Positions 17,909 through 28,548 of a DNA stretch of 64,000 nucleotides are shown in pieces. Numbering within the stretch: the first letter of the stretch is position 1; every line of letters starts with the position of its first letter. The translations under genes and the position numbers were made by a program. The notes under the pieces are model-generated. The model had not been told where the DNA came from and made no database searches. It saw nothing but the letters and a program-made list of their open reading frames with translations. Source of the DNA: an uncultured Candidatus Saccharibacteria bacterium (GTDB taxonomy: Bacteria > Patescibacteriota > Saccharimonadia > Saccharimonadales > JAGQNJ01); contig CAZEED010000005.1 of assembly GCA_964510945.1 (NCBI GenBank), positions 4,132 to 68,131 of the forward strand, read 5' to 3'.

Positions 17909-18012
17909 TTATTCCAACTTCAACTTCTTAGTCCCCTATTGTATGTCGACGCTGGATTGTATCAGAAAATGAGCATATTTTCCACCCCTATGTGCTAATA
18001 TACAAAGCTGTA

Positions 18013-18834
18013 ATGAAAGTCGCTATTCAGGGGCAAGAAGCCTCATACCATCATCTTGCCGCCAAACAATTCTTTGGCAATGATATCGAAATATTGCCAT
18101 GCGATACTTTTAAGCTTGCTTTTAAAGCGATAGAAGAAAATACCGCCGAAAATGCCGTAATTGCTATAGAAAATTCCCTATACGGTGCCATTAGCCCAGT
18201 CTATGATCTACTACTAAAAAAACGTCTATGGATTAGCGGAGAGGTGTATCTGCGAGTACAACATTGCTTAATAGGAATCGCCGGTTCTGATATTAATAAG
18301 CTTCAAGAAATATATTCTCAAATCATGGCTCTTGCTCAGTGTGAAAATTATCTAGAGAATAACTTCGCTAACGCCAAACATATTGAATACCATGATACGG
18401 TTGCGAGCGTAGAACTAGTCAAAAAATCAGGTGACAAAACAAAAGCCGCGATTGCCAGTGAGGGTGCCGCCAAACTCCATAAAATGGAAATCCTTGATAA
18501 AGGGATAGAAGACAATAAACAAAACTTCACCAGATTCTTAGTTCTTAAAAAAAAGCCAACTAAAGTAGCTAATGCGAACAAAACATCCCTCATTCTGATT
18601 ACTTCGCACCAGCCCGGTTCTTTGTACCGAGCTCTAGGAGTCTTTGATAAATACAAAATCAATCTATCAAAACTTCAATCTAGGCCAATTAAAGATAAAG
18701 CGTGGCAATACATGTTTTATATAGACGTAGAATGCGGGTTGGAAAATACTGAGCTAACTAGTGCGTTGTCAGCTTTAGAAGCCCAGGACTGTGAGACAAT
18801 AGTCCTTGGTAGTTATAAATCAGCCAAAGGTTAA
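18013..18834 (+). CDS. pheA: Prephenate dehydratase
   Basis: PDT domain (MKVAIQG..SYHHLAA, TRFLVL) plus an ACT domain (GSLYRALGVF.., QSRPIK..WQYMFYIDVE). Start moved to ATG 18013. Confidence 0.85.
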   Translation: MKVAIQGQEASYHHLAAKQFFGNDIEILPCDTFKLAFKAIEENTAENAVIAIENSLYGAISPVYDLLLKKRLWISGEVYLRVQHCLIGIAGSDINKLQEIYSQIMALAQCENYLENNFANAKHIEYHDTVASVELVKKSGDKTKAAIASEGAAKLHKMEILDKGIEDNKQNFTRFLVLKKKPTKVANANKTSLILITSHQPGSLYRALGVFDKYKINLSKLQSRPIKDKAWQYMFYIDVECGLENTELTSALSALEAQDCETIVLGSYKSAKG

Positions 18835-18845
18835 ATCTACAATAT

Positions 18846-19118
18846 ATGGACAAAATAAATCGATTCTGGAAAAAGATCCCAAAAGCAATTCGTAAAACGC
18901 TGGTACTAATTTTAGGCTCGAGCATAATCATTACCGGACTAATTATGTTAATTTTCCCAGGGCCGGGGTGGGCAGCAATTTTTATTGGTTTTGCGGTACT
19001 GGCTAGCGAATTTGCATTTGCCGAACGTGCCAGAGACTGGATGATCGCCCAAATACAAAAGCTAATCGACTACTCTAAAACCAAATTAAAAAGACTTTTT
19101 CGAAAAAATAAGCATTAG
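18846..19118 (+). CDS. PGPGW-motif small membrane protein
   Basis: Contains the literal IFPGPGWAAIFIGFAVLASEF motif of the PGPGW transmembrane family. Confidence 0.7.
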   Translation: MDKINRFWKKIPKAIRKTLVLILGSSIIITGLIMLIFPGPGWAAIFIGFAVLASEFAFAERARDWMIAQIQKLIDYSKTKLKRLFRKNKH

Positions 19119-19192
19119 TTTATTACCATTTCTTTGACTAATTGACAATTAGGTGTATAATAACCTCTGAAAATCAAATCTTTGAGGTTAAA

Positions 19193-19372
19193 ATGTTAGA
19201 ATTCATAGTCTTAGGCAAAATTCCCGGTACAAATATTCAAGTTACACTTGCTTGGTTTGTGCTTATTGTCTTTGGGCTATTAATCTACGCCGACCTTAAA
19301 CTACACAATCGCAATTACCTAGTCACTGATAAATCAAAACCTAGTGATTCAACCAAAAAAACCTTTGTTTAG
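19193..19372 (+). CDS. Small membrane protein (59 aa)
   Basis: The ORF track starts at TTG 19142, but ATG 19193 has a GAGG RBS 6 nt upstream. One TM segment. Confidence 0.45.
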   Translation: MLEFIVLGKIPGTNIQVTLAWFVLIVFGLLIYADLKLHNRNYLVTDKSKPSDSTKKTFV

Positions 19373-20790
19373 GGCAGAATACTTTCGGCGTATAATTTAA
19401 GCTCCTCTAGAATATAGAGTTTTTCTTTATCTTTTTGACACATAAGCGCAAGTTCATCTAATCTATTAAAAAATGCCGTTACATTGAACTTTGCAGTTGA
19501 TAATTTTTTAGCCCGATATTCTTCCCACTGCTCAAATTGACTAGAATCTAATTTTTTGTAGAAGTTCCTAGCTAGAAACGGCAAAATTAAATTCTTTAAT
19601 CTTTCGTCGCTTAACTGGTCTTTAATATCTTCGAGTTGTTCAGGAGCGGTCTGAAGCTGTGCTTGAGCAATTTTTTTATCATTGTCACTGACAAACTTTT
19701 CGTAAAGCTGTTCTTCTGAAAAATCAGTATTTTCAAGTAGTTTAGTCTGTTGTCTTTTATCCATTATCTCTAAGGCTTTAATTAGACTAGCCAACAACTT
19801 ATCTTTGTTTGATTCTAGCTTATTACGATTACTTTCTATGACTTTCATATCCAGCTTTAGGCGTTTTTTGCTAGCATCATCAAGCACTGCCAACGGAGCA
19901 ATGGCTGGACATCTGTTAAATAGTAACGTCTTTACTGGCAGACCCGGTCCTTCGCGCGTTTTATCATATTGCCATAAGCTAACTAGTTTTTCCGGACTAA
20001 GATTAAGATATTGTTCAGGATCAAAGCGCAAATCGTAGACCAAGCTACCCTGTTTTTTAGGGTGATCTCCAATCTTGATAGCTATCGTCGTTTTCTCAAA
20101 CTCTGCTTGATATTTACCGCTTACATATACAAAAGGCTCATTGGTATTAACTAAATCCGATACTTTCTTTTTTTCGCGAATTTGCAGTAACCAATCAAAT
20201 AATTTTGGCTGTTTTGACTTTATTAATTTTGCAAGGGCAATACTTGCTTGCACGTCACTCAAGGCGTCGTGCGCACTACTATGTTCTAATTTATTGTAGC
20301 TAGCTAACAGTTCTAGTCGATTAACAGACTTACCATCAATATCAACCGGCCATTTTATCCCTTCTGGTCGAAGCGCGCGGGTCATCCGCACTAAATCAAG
20401 TAGATCCCAACGTCCTCGGCCTTCTTTCCACTGCCACTCATATGCATCAAAAAAGTTTCGCCAATTTAAAAATCTCATAAATTCATCGTCAAAACGAATA
20501 GAATTAAAGCCTACAAAGATTGTATCTGGTGTGGCAATCTCTTTATGAAAAATCTGTAAGAATTCCAGCTCGGTTAGACCTTCTTGCTGGACTTTTTGGG
20601 GCGTAATACCAGTTATTAAAATCGCATCGGGGCTAGGCAACAAATCGTCGCTAAGTTTTATCAAATAATTATGTGGATCTTTGATAGGATTTAAATCCAT
20701 ATCTGTTCGTTGCCCACCAAATTGCATAATTCGATCAGATCTTGCGCTAAAACCACTAGTTTCTAGATCATAAAAATACAAACTCTTCAT
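19369..20790 (-). CDS. sbcB: Exodeoxyribonuclease I
   Basis: DEDDh exonuclease motifs (FYDLETSG; FNSIRFDDEF; HDALSDV) and ExoI-type C-terminal domains. 473 aa. Confidence 0.85.
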   Translation of the reverse strand: MKSLYFYDLETSGFSARSDRIMQFGGQRTDMDLNPIKDPHNYLIKLSDDLLPSPDAILITGITPQKVQQEGLTELEFLQIFHKEIATPDTIFVGFNSIRFDDEFMRFLNWRNFFDAYEWQWKEGRGRWDLLDLVRMTRALRPEGIKWPVDIDGKSVNRLELLASYNKLEHSSAHDALSDVQASIALAKLIKSKQPKLFDWLLQIREKKKVSDLVNTNEPFVYVSGKYQAEFEKTTIAIKIGDHPKKQGSLVYDLRFDPEQYLNLSPEKLVSLWQYDKTREGPGLPVKTLLFNRCPAIAPLAVLDDASKKRLKLDMKVIESNRNKLESNKDKLLASLIKALEIMDKRQQTKLLENTDFSEEQLYEKFVSDNDKKIAQAQLQTAPEQLEDIKDQLSDERLKNLILPFLARNFYKKLDSSQFEQWEEYRAKKLSTAKFNVTAFFNRLDELALMCQKDKEKLYILEELKLYAESILP

Positions 20791-20796
20791 AGACTT

Positions 20797-22083
<1,287 letters not shown>

Positions 22084-22213
22084 TCATCAATTACCTCTGT
22101 TGTCCACCGTAAAGACTATGTAGCAGAGAAGAACTGCCTATACAAGAAGCGCACTCTAATGTCATCGGATCTATGAAAAAATTTTAGGTTTGGCTTAACG
22201 GGATCTTTAGATA

Positions 22214-23374
22214 TTAATAAATATAGCTGTACTGAGCAGCTTGAGCTTTTGTTAGAGTCTTTTTACTAACAACACCCCAACCCATAACATTCATTTCTGA
22301 AACCAAGACACTGCCGTCAGGATTAACCTTTTCAACAAAACCTACATGTCCATAGTAATCATGGGGCGGAGTCCAAATCACAGCCCCACTGGCTGGAGAA
22401 TTACCTACGCCAAAACCTGCTTGTTGAGCAAGAGCCGTCCAAGTACTGGCGTTACCGAGGTTACTAGGAATTGGTTTACCTGTTTGAGACCTACGTAATG
22501 CTGCCCACCAGGTGCAATATCCGTAGTCGTAACCATTGCCACTATACACAGCTGATCCACCACCCCACGCAAACCCCGTGTTAGTGCCAAAAGTACTGTT
22601 TGGTGCTGCAGCTGGGGCAACTGCCTGACTAGGCGGACGTCCATCAGGTATAACAATATAACTACCATATGGAATACCGCTTACTTCGAAATCGTTAAAT
22701 ATGGCAATTTTATTCTTATCAGAGCTATACTTTGAAGCTAAACTAGCTGCAGTATCCCCAGATTTTACTTTATAAACAATCCCGTTAATCGGCGAAATCA
22801 ATATTTGTAGGCCCGGCTTAATATCTTCATCTGATATATCGTTAGACCACCGAATTGTATCAGTAGAAATATCGAATTGTTTTGCAATACTTTTAATGGT
22901 ATCGCCTTTTGCTACAACATAAGTTTGAATATCAAAACGTGATTTTAGTGACGAAGCAATGACCTGTGGCTGTGCCGCCACAATATCATCAGACGGAGCC
23001 GTACTGAGCTGAGCATTAACGGTGTCAGCTTTATTGGCTACACTGGTAGCCTCTTCTATCCTAGTAACTCTAGCTACATTGACCGCAATATCGGCCGAAG
23101 ATAAAACATCTAATGGATTAGCGACGGCATCCTTATCGGCCTGTGTAGATAAAATAGCAGAGCTACTCTGAACCGATTTATTGGAAGGCTGTAATACAAT
23201 CGCAACCACACCAACTAGCAATAGTACGTTAGCGGCAACGATTGAATATTTGATTAGTCTACCTCTGTTTTTCTTTGCAAAGGTACGTTTTATAAACCGT
23301 TGATTAACAACAGAGTTTGGGATCGAGTTCAGTTTTTGCGAAAATTCTTGGTTAACGGTCTCGGTGATTTTCAA
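22214..23374 (-). CDS. Secreted peptidoglycan hydrolase: 2x LysM + C-terminal CHAP domain
   Basis: TM/signal anchor. LysM repeats (YVVAKGDTIKSIAKQF; YKVKSGDTAASLASKY). CHAP catalytic region (YGYCTWWAA .. GHVGFVE). TTG start with AAGGAG 8 nt upstream. Confidence 0.85.
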   Translation of the reverse strand: MKITETVNQEFSQKLNSIPNSVVNQRFIKRTFAKKNRGRLIKYSIVAANVLLLVGVVAIVLQPSNKSVQSSSAILSTQADKDAVANPLDVLSSADIAVNVARVTRIEEATSVANKADTVNAQLSTAPSDDIVAAQPQVIASSLKSRFDIQTYVVAKGDTIKSIAKQFDISTDTIRWSNDISDEDIKPGLQILISPINGIVYKVKSGDTAASLASKYSSDKNKIAIFNDFEVSGIPYGSYIVIPDGRPPSQAVAPAAAPNSTFGTNTGFAWGGGSAVYSGNGYDYGYCTWWAALRRSQTGKPIPSNLGNASTWTALAQQAGFGVGNSPASGAVIWTPPHDYYGHVGFVEKVNPDGSVLVSEMNVMGWGVVSKKTLTKAQAAQYSYIY

Positions 23375-23544
23375 GTACCGGGCTCCTTAGGCATTGATGC
23401 CTATATCCGCTCAACAGGGGTTAATTGTTATTAAACATTGCAAGAGGATCGACATTTTAAGCTTTTTACCTCTTGATTTCCTGATTGACGGGCAACTCTC
23501 ACCTCAGTTATATCGATAACATCCGGTATCGAATTGCATCAAAA

Positions 23545-23573
23545 AGTATAGCATTTATGAGTGACCAGCGCAA
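23545..23573 (-). promoter_or_regulatory. Candidate promoter for the LysM-CHAP gene (gives a ~165-nt leader)
   Basis: On the minus strand: TTGCGC (23573-23568), 17-nt spacer, TGcTATACT (-10 at 23550-23545). Confidence 0.4.
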
Positions 23574-23617
23574 TGAGTAAAAACTTATGTTTATATCTGT
23601 TTATGATGACTCAAATA

Positions 23618-24661
23618 TTACTGGCAAAGTCTCTTGCAATGCTCAGCCACAGCCTGTTCGTGTTGCTCAAGGGTTTTTGAAAAATACGTCTTGCCATCAT
23701 CACCTGCTACAAAGAAAAAGTAATCTGTATTTTTTGGATTGGCAACAGCAGTTAACGACTCCTTTGAGACATTGCTAATTGGCCCCACCGGAAGACCTCT
23801 ATTTGTAAAAGTATTATATTTTGAATCATAAGTTAGGCTCGGCTCCTTACCGTCATTAATGGCACCATACAAAACCGTCACGTCTGACTCTAATCTTTTA
23901 CCATTATTTAACCGATTATAAAAAACACTGGCTACCACCGGCTTATCATTGATATTAGAGACCTCTTGTTCAACTATTGATGCTAATATTATTCCTTCGT
24001 AGACACTCAGTCCTCGCTTGGCAATCGCACGTCGAATACTTGGAGTTAAACGTGACTGCATCTCATCAAGTGAAGCCCTGACAATATCACCAGCTTTGGT
24101 AGAGGCGTTCTTTTCGAATGTCTCAGGGTACAAATACCCTTCTAGACTCGCGCCTTTTGGCTTGTCTACTAACGCTGGATGATTAGGATAGCTATCTGGA
24201 TCAAGGGCTTTATCGACAGATTCTGGGCTAAAACCACTGTTAATCAATGCTGAACGGACTTGGTCAATCCTCTGACCCGGCAAGATGGTTACTAAATCTG
24301 TCGCGACCTCACCTCCCGCAATTGTATCTGCTACTTCAGCTACGTTCTGACTTGGTCGTAGCGCATATGTACCTGCCTTTAGGCCTTCTATAAGTCCATT
24401 GGAACGTACATACCAATTAAATGCCCAAGATTGCTTGATAACACCTTTATTCTCTAACAAGTCGCCAATTTGCTGAGCACTATATCCACTCGGAATCTCA
24501 ACAATTATAATCTCTTGAGAACTACTTAACGGCTTTAGATTAGACGTATAAATTTGTCGTATAACAACCGCTGAGACAGTGACTAAAATAAGGGCGACTA
24601 TTAGTCCAATAATTGTCCGTTTTATCCACTTTTCGCGTTTTTCTTGATTTACATCTTTCAT
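23618..24661 (-). CDS. mltG: Endolytic murein transglycosylase MltG (YceG-like)
   Basis: N-terminal TM segment. YceG motifs LEGYLYPETF and ILASIVEQE. Confidence 0.9.
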   Translation of the reverse strand: MKDVNQEKREKWIKRTIIGLIVALILVTVSAVVIRQIYTSNLKPLSSSQEIIIVEIPSGYSAQQIGDLLENKGVIKQSWAFNWYVRSNGLIEGLKAGTYALRPSQNVAEVADTIAGGEVATDLVTILPGQRIDQVRSALINSGFSPESVDKALDPDSYPNHPALVDKPKGASLEGYLYPETFEKNASTKAGDIVRASLDEMQSRLTPSIRRAIAKRGLSVYEGIILASIVEQEVSNINDKPVVASVFYNRLNNGKRLESDVTVLYGAINDGKEPSLTYDSKYNTFTNRGLPVGPISNVSKESLTAVANPKNTDYFFFVAGDDGKTYFSKTLEQHEQAVAEHCKRLCQ

Positions 24662-25086
24662 GCTAACTGCTTAATCCTGTCCATGTTAGATTCTATAAAA
24701 GTCTCAAGTATAACCGCTGCTGCCGTGGAGTCAACCTCTGATTTATCATGTTTCCGATTATCTCTAGCCAACCTATCTTTGGCAACGACTGAAGATAAAG
24801 CCTCATTTTGAAACAAAATAGGGACCTTTGTTGTCTCGGCAATCTTTTTCGCAAAATCATGAGTATACCGTGTTTGCTCTGTTGGATTGTCGTTCAGGTT
24901 TCTTGGACTTCCAATAATTAGTAGCGACACCTTATGCTCGTCGATTAGATCACTTAATTTGTCAAAAAACTCATCATTATTAGTTAGCGTAATTAAAGGT
25001 TCAGCAATCAAAGCTATCGAGTTTGCGCGGGCAACGCCGATTCTTTTTTCACCAATATCCAAAGCCAATATCGTACTGTCGGCCAT
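24658..25086 (-). CDS. ruvX: Holliday junction resolvase-like RuvX/YqgF
   Basis: ILALDIGEKRIGVARA motif. Start taken at ATG 25086, 1 nt after the upstream stop. ATGA overlap with mltG. Confidence 0.85.
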   Translation of the reverse strand: MADSTILALDIGEKRIGVARANSIALIAEPLITLTNNDEFFDKLSDLIDEHKVSLLIIGSPRNLNDNPTEQTRYTHDFAKKIAETTKVPILFQNEALSSVVAKDRLARDNRKHDKSEVDSTAAAVILETFIESNMDRIKQLA

Positions 25087-25087
25087 A

Positions 25088-26743
25088 TTAATTTTGCTGA
25101 GTAGCACTAAATTCAATTTTTATCTTTGAGACATTCTTCGGTGTTTTATTAACCCAGAACGGGCTATATTTAATATTTACGTCCACGACACTCGGCAAAT
25201 CTCTAATGATATTCTCGGTATCGCCCTTCTTTTGACCAGCTACTGCTGTCTTTAGCTCATCAACATTGATATCGGGGCCGACCTCGACTTGCCCGTCATA
25301 GCTAATCGTTACCTTGTCACTACTAGGATCGCTCAAAACTTCGTAAGTGGCGGAATCAATTCCATCGTTTTGTATAGCTTGCTTGTCAGTGTCCACTTGA
25401 TCTTTAATATTATCTTCAATAATTTTTCTTAGATCATCTTTCTTTACACCTAACATTGTAAAAGTCGCGCTATAACTAACTTTTACTTCAGACCCTTCTT
25501 GGCCAACCTCAGGACTTATGGTAGTCTTTTCGTTGCTTTTATTGTAAGTAGACTGCAAGGGATAATAGCCTTTATCCTCTAAAGATTTTGCCAGATCAGC
25601 TTTAATAGTATCGTCTTTGGTATCTAGCTTTTCTTTGGCACTATTGGCATCTGATGCAGTTACGACCGTGATAGTCTTGCTCGATCCCCCAGTCATGGCT
25701 GTTCCAGTGCCAGCAACCGACGAGTTAAACCCAGCCACCGAATAGCTTGATCCGCTTGCAAGATTATAATCGTCGCCATTTTCTCCAGCAATCACCTGAA
25801 CTGCGCCGACATGACTACCGCTACTCTTACAATTACTGCCACTGTCAAAATTTCCTGACCCCAGTGCTAAGGCGCTTTGTGTAATAAATGTTTTATTATT
25901 GCTACTTACCCCGGTGCCAGACTTTATTGTGACAGGTGCATCTGTACAGTTACGGATAGTAACCGTGCCTTTGGCTTTTGTTCCGACATCTTTTGTCCCC
26001 GTCGCTGGTGACGACTGACTATCTTGCTTATCTACGTTAGCCAATTCTGCTGGTACTGACTTATCGCCAACGCTAACACTACTAGAATTAGTATCCGCCG
26101 TAAATTCAAAGGTGCTGGCTACATTTTCATTATCCGTATCTATTACAATCGTCGCAGTAGGCATAACGAATACTGCAAAATACCACGCAACGATGAGCAG
26201 GATAACAACGCCGATTATAATAAAGGTTTTTTTGCGAAACTTGTCAAAATTCGGGATTTTTGTGGTGCTCGATTTTGGCTTTTTGGCTTTTTTAACAGCC
26301 TTTTCGGGGACAGAAGACGCCGATGCCTTATCAGACATCACCGCTCCAGCCGTGGCGCCAATCGCCTCCGCACCAGCCAGTTTACCCACATTATTATCCG
26401 GATCTTCGTCAGCCATATCTGTTATTTCTTCATCCTCGTCACTCATCGGTCCATCTGGTGCCTCGGGAATCTCCGGTTTTGATTGCAAGTTTTTCGCAAC
26501 ATACATACCCGTGGCGCCCGCCAGAGGCAGTAGGCCGACTTCTGATGTTATTAATACTGCTTTTTTACCAGCCTCATCAGCTGCTCGCTTCAACAGCTTC
26601 ATATTAATAATGCTCTGCAAGACCGTCGCACGTTTTGGTAATACTAGAGCGACGATATTCGAGTCACTAGCCTGAAGCTTATCAACAATTGCTGTGATTT
26701 CGTCATCTATATCTATATAAATCGTGTCTTTTGTTGCAGCCAT
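25088..26743 (-). CDS. Hypothetical bitopic membrane protein (551 aa) encoded immediately after ftsA
   Basis: Soluble N-domain (IYIDIDDEITAIVDKL..VALVLPKRA), acidic linker, one TM segment, then a large S/T/G-rich extracytoplasmic domain. No domain recognised by eye. Confidence 0.65.
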   Translation of the reverse strand: MAATKDTIYIDIDDEITAIVDKLQASDSNIVALVLPKRATVLQSIINMKLLKRAADEAGKKAVLITSEVGLLPLAGATGMYVAKNLQSKPEIPEAPDGPMSDEDEEITDMADEDPDNNVGKLAGAEAIGATAGAVMSDKASASSVPEKAVKKAKKPKSSTTKIPNFDKFRKKTFIIIGVVILLIVAWYFAVFVMPTATIVIDTDNENVASTFEFTADTNSSSVSVGDKSVPAELANVDKQDSQSSPATGTKDVGTKAKGTVTIRNCTDAPVTIKSGTGVSSNNKTFITQSALALGSGNFDSGSNCKSSGSHVGAVQVIAGENGDDYNLASGSSYSVAGFNSSVAGTGTAMTGGSSKTITVVTASDANSAKEKLDTKDDTIKADLAKSLEDKGYYPLQSTYNKSNEKTTISPEVGQEGSEVKVSYSATFTMLGVKKDDLRKIIEDNIKDQVDTDKQAIQNDGIDSATYEVLSDPSSDKVTISYDGQVEVGPDINVDELKTAVAGQKKGDTENIIRDLPSVVDVNIKYSPFWVNKTPKNVSKIKIEFSATQQN

Positions 26744-26744
26744 T

Positions 26745-28037
26745 TTATACCTTTAATATCTTATCAAATCTGTCTTTTATCGAGCCTGATGGTTTATCCA
26801 ATTCTTGGGCAAGAGTGTCTATTCCTACTCTCAGCAAGCCCATTGCGGTAATGTAAGTATGATCATTTACACGACCAGTTTTGTCAACAATACCTACAAC
26901 TTGCTCGGGTTTTATCAACTGCACCACTGGTTTTTTTGTAAATGGCAAATTATGATACCAATCAGTCGAGCTTAGCTCGTGTTTTAGCATATCTAGACTA
27001 GAGCCACCGCCACAGAGTAGTAATTTTGAAGGCATTTGATCGAGTTTTGTAAAATCGGCTAGTGCCAAATCTACACCTTTTACCCACACATCTAGTGTTT
27101 TTTCGAGAGCCGCAACCACATCCTTATTTTTGTTCTCTGGATTCTCGTTATTCGATAGCGCTAATTTCATTTGTTCAGCCTCATCGTAACTGACATCCAG
27201 CTCTTTTTCGACAGATCGTGTATAGGCGCGACCGCCAATCCCAAACATCTTGGTGCCCTGTACTCCGCCATCGTTAATCACAGCAATATCGGTCGTTCCA
27301 CCGCCCACATCCATAAGTATGGCGCTCATATTTGCACTGGCATCATCGCCAATTACTGACCTAGACACCGCAAAAGGCTCAGCCGCAACCGCGAGCAAAT
27401 CTAGATCTAATTCTTGGGCGGTACGTTCTAGTGCCCCGATGTGGATTAATGGCGCGAAAGCGGTATAGAGCTGTACGACAACATCTTGTCCCTGAAAGCC
27501 GAGTGGGTTGGTAACTTTATAGCCATCAATTTCAATCCCGACAAGCGCACTATTTACCAGCCTAATCTCAACTTTTTTACCACCTAGTTCCCACGCCAGT
27601 TGGCGTTTGGCGATTTCCTCAGCCCGTTTTTGCACCAGCGCAATGATTTCTTCAATTTCGGCAATATCCATTGATTTTGTGCCATCGCGTCGTTTTACGC
27701 GCACATTGGTGGTCGCACCCTTGACTAATTCGCCGGCTATTCCGATCATGGCTGTTCTGGCGCTAACTCCAGCCATCCGCTCAGCCTCAGTTAGGGCTTT
27801 ATCACAATTTGCCACTACCGCCCCAATATCTGATATTGCACCAGCCTGCATGTCACCTAGTCCTTGATGTGCTCTACCTACCCCTATTATTTCAGCCTTA
27901 TTGCCTTCAACTTGGGCTATTAATGCCTTAACAAATTCGGTACCAATGTCCAGCGCCACCACAAAACGATCAGAGTTCTTTTTGCCTTTTGTTTTAGCGT
28001 GCGCCGACGGTTTTAGTTTTTTAAATTTATCAAGCAT
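26745..28037 (-). CDS. ftsA: Actin-like cell division ATPase FtsA
   Basis: VVALDIGTEFVKA phosphate-1 motif, DVGGGTTDIAV phosphate-2 motif and FtsA-type subdomain order. Start moved to ATG 28037, because ATG 28067 overlaps the predicted -10. Confidence 0.8.
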   Translation of the reverse strand: MLDKFKKLKPSAHAKTKGKKNSDRFVVALDIGTEFVKALIAQVEGNKAEIIGVGRAHQGLGDMQAGAISDIGAVVANCDKALTEAERMAGVSARTAMIGIAGELVKGATTNVRVKRRDGTKSMDIAEIEEIIALVQKRAEEIAKRQLAWELGGKKVEIRLVNSALVGIEIDGYKVTNPLGFQGQDVVVQLYTAFAPLIHIGALERTAQELDLDLLAVAAEPFAVSRSVIGDDASANMSAILMDVGGGTTDIAVINDGGVQGTKMFGIGGRAYTRSVEKELDVSYDEAEQMKLALSNNENPENKNKDVVAALEKTLDVWVKGVDLALADFTKLDQMPSKLLLCGGGSSLDMLKHELSSTDWYHNLPFTKKPVVQLIKPEQVVGIVDKTGRVNDHTYITAMGLLRVGIDTLAQELDKPSGSIKDRFDKILKV

Positions 28038-28049
28038 AACTTCTATAGA

Positions 28050-28058
28050 ATTATACCA
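28050..28058 (-). promoter_or_regulatory. Extended -10 promoter element for ftsA (short leader)
   Basis: The minus strand reads TGGTATAAT. The ATG is 12 nt downstream of the hexamer. Confidence 0.4.
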
Positions 28059-28155
28059 TGCACACAAAAGATAAATTGCTTTTCTTAAGTTTTTTACAGA
28101 TGCAGACTATTGACGCAGTGATTGACTTTTTTAAATTTACTGATATAAAAGAGCC

Positions 28156-28518
28156 ATGGATGATTGGCCGTGGTACGAAAAACTGATGTCTGATGTTGAA
28201 GCGGAGGTGGTTGAATACGCAAATACACCTCAGTGCTTGCAACGACATGCAAATAAGTACGGTGGTGCACATGAAAGCTCAGAGGGTGTCGAAGGATCTA
28301 GACGTTTAGCTACTCGTTTCGTCGGAAGAGAAAATAGACCCGCCTCACAGCAAGTCGAGCCATATGGTGTCTACAGTGACTATGAAACCTGTAACGTAGA
28401 AAGGCGAGTTTGTGGAATAAAAGACTGTGCGTTCAGCTTGGAGATAGCCCTTAGTGGTATCCGTAGAAACATGGTTGAACCGGCTACACAGCTCGGCGAT
28501 TGCTCGTTAGGCAATTAG
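28156..28518 (+). CDS. Hypothetical Cys-containing protein (120 aa), uncertain
   Basis: This is the only long ORF in a 480-bp region between minus-strand genes. It shows G-rich first codon positions (GAT, GAA, GTT, GCG...). The RBS is weak and no domain is recognisable. Confidence 0.4.
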   Translation: MDDWPWYEKLMSDVEAEVVEYANTPQCLQRHANKYGGAHESSEGVEGSRRLATRFVGRENRPASQQVEPYGVYSDYETCNVERRVCGIKDCAFSLEIALSGIRRNMVEPATQLGDCSLGN

Positions 28519-28548
28519 ACAAGCAAATGAATCGTACACCATAGTGAC

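Noticed and set aside
23375-23573. c-di-AMP (ydaO) riboswitch upstream of the CHAP hydrolase
   Set aside because: The context is suggestive, but the conserved ydaO core blocks (ACGGGGA / CCCGA..CCGA-type pseudo-two-fold motifs) are not visible. Kept only as an unexplained structured leader.
26112-26675. 187-aa and 94-aa plus-strand ORFs antisense to the 551-aa gene
   Set aside because: They lie antisense to a long, well-supported minus-strand CDS. The products are low complexity (S/A/I/F-rich), there is no RBS, and this is a typical shadow ORF.
28070-28548. RNase P RNA or tmRNA in the GC-richer gap near ftsA
   Set aside because: I looked for GGAAAGUCC / ACAGAANNCGGCUUA (RNase P; only a weak GAACCGGCUAC resemblance was found, with no P4 partner) and for GGGGCUG...CCACCA ends. 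None was found on either strand, and tmRNA is located unambiguously at 45753-46140.
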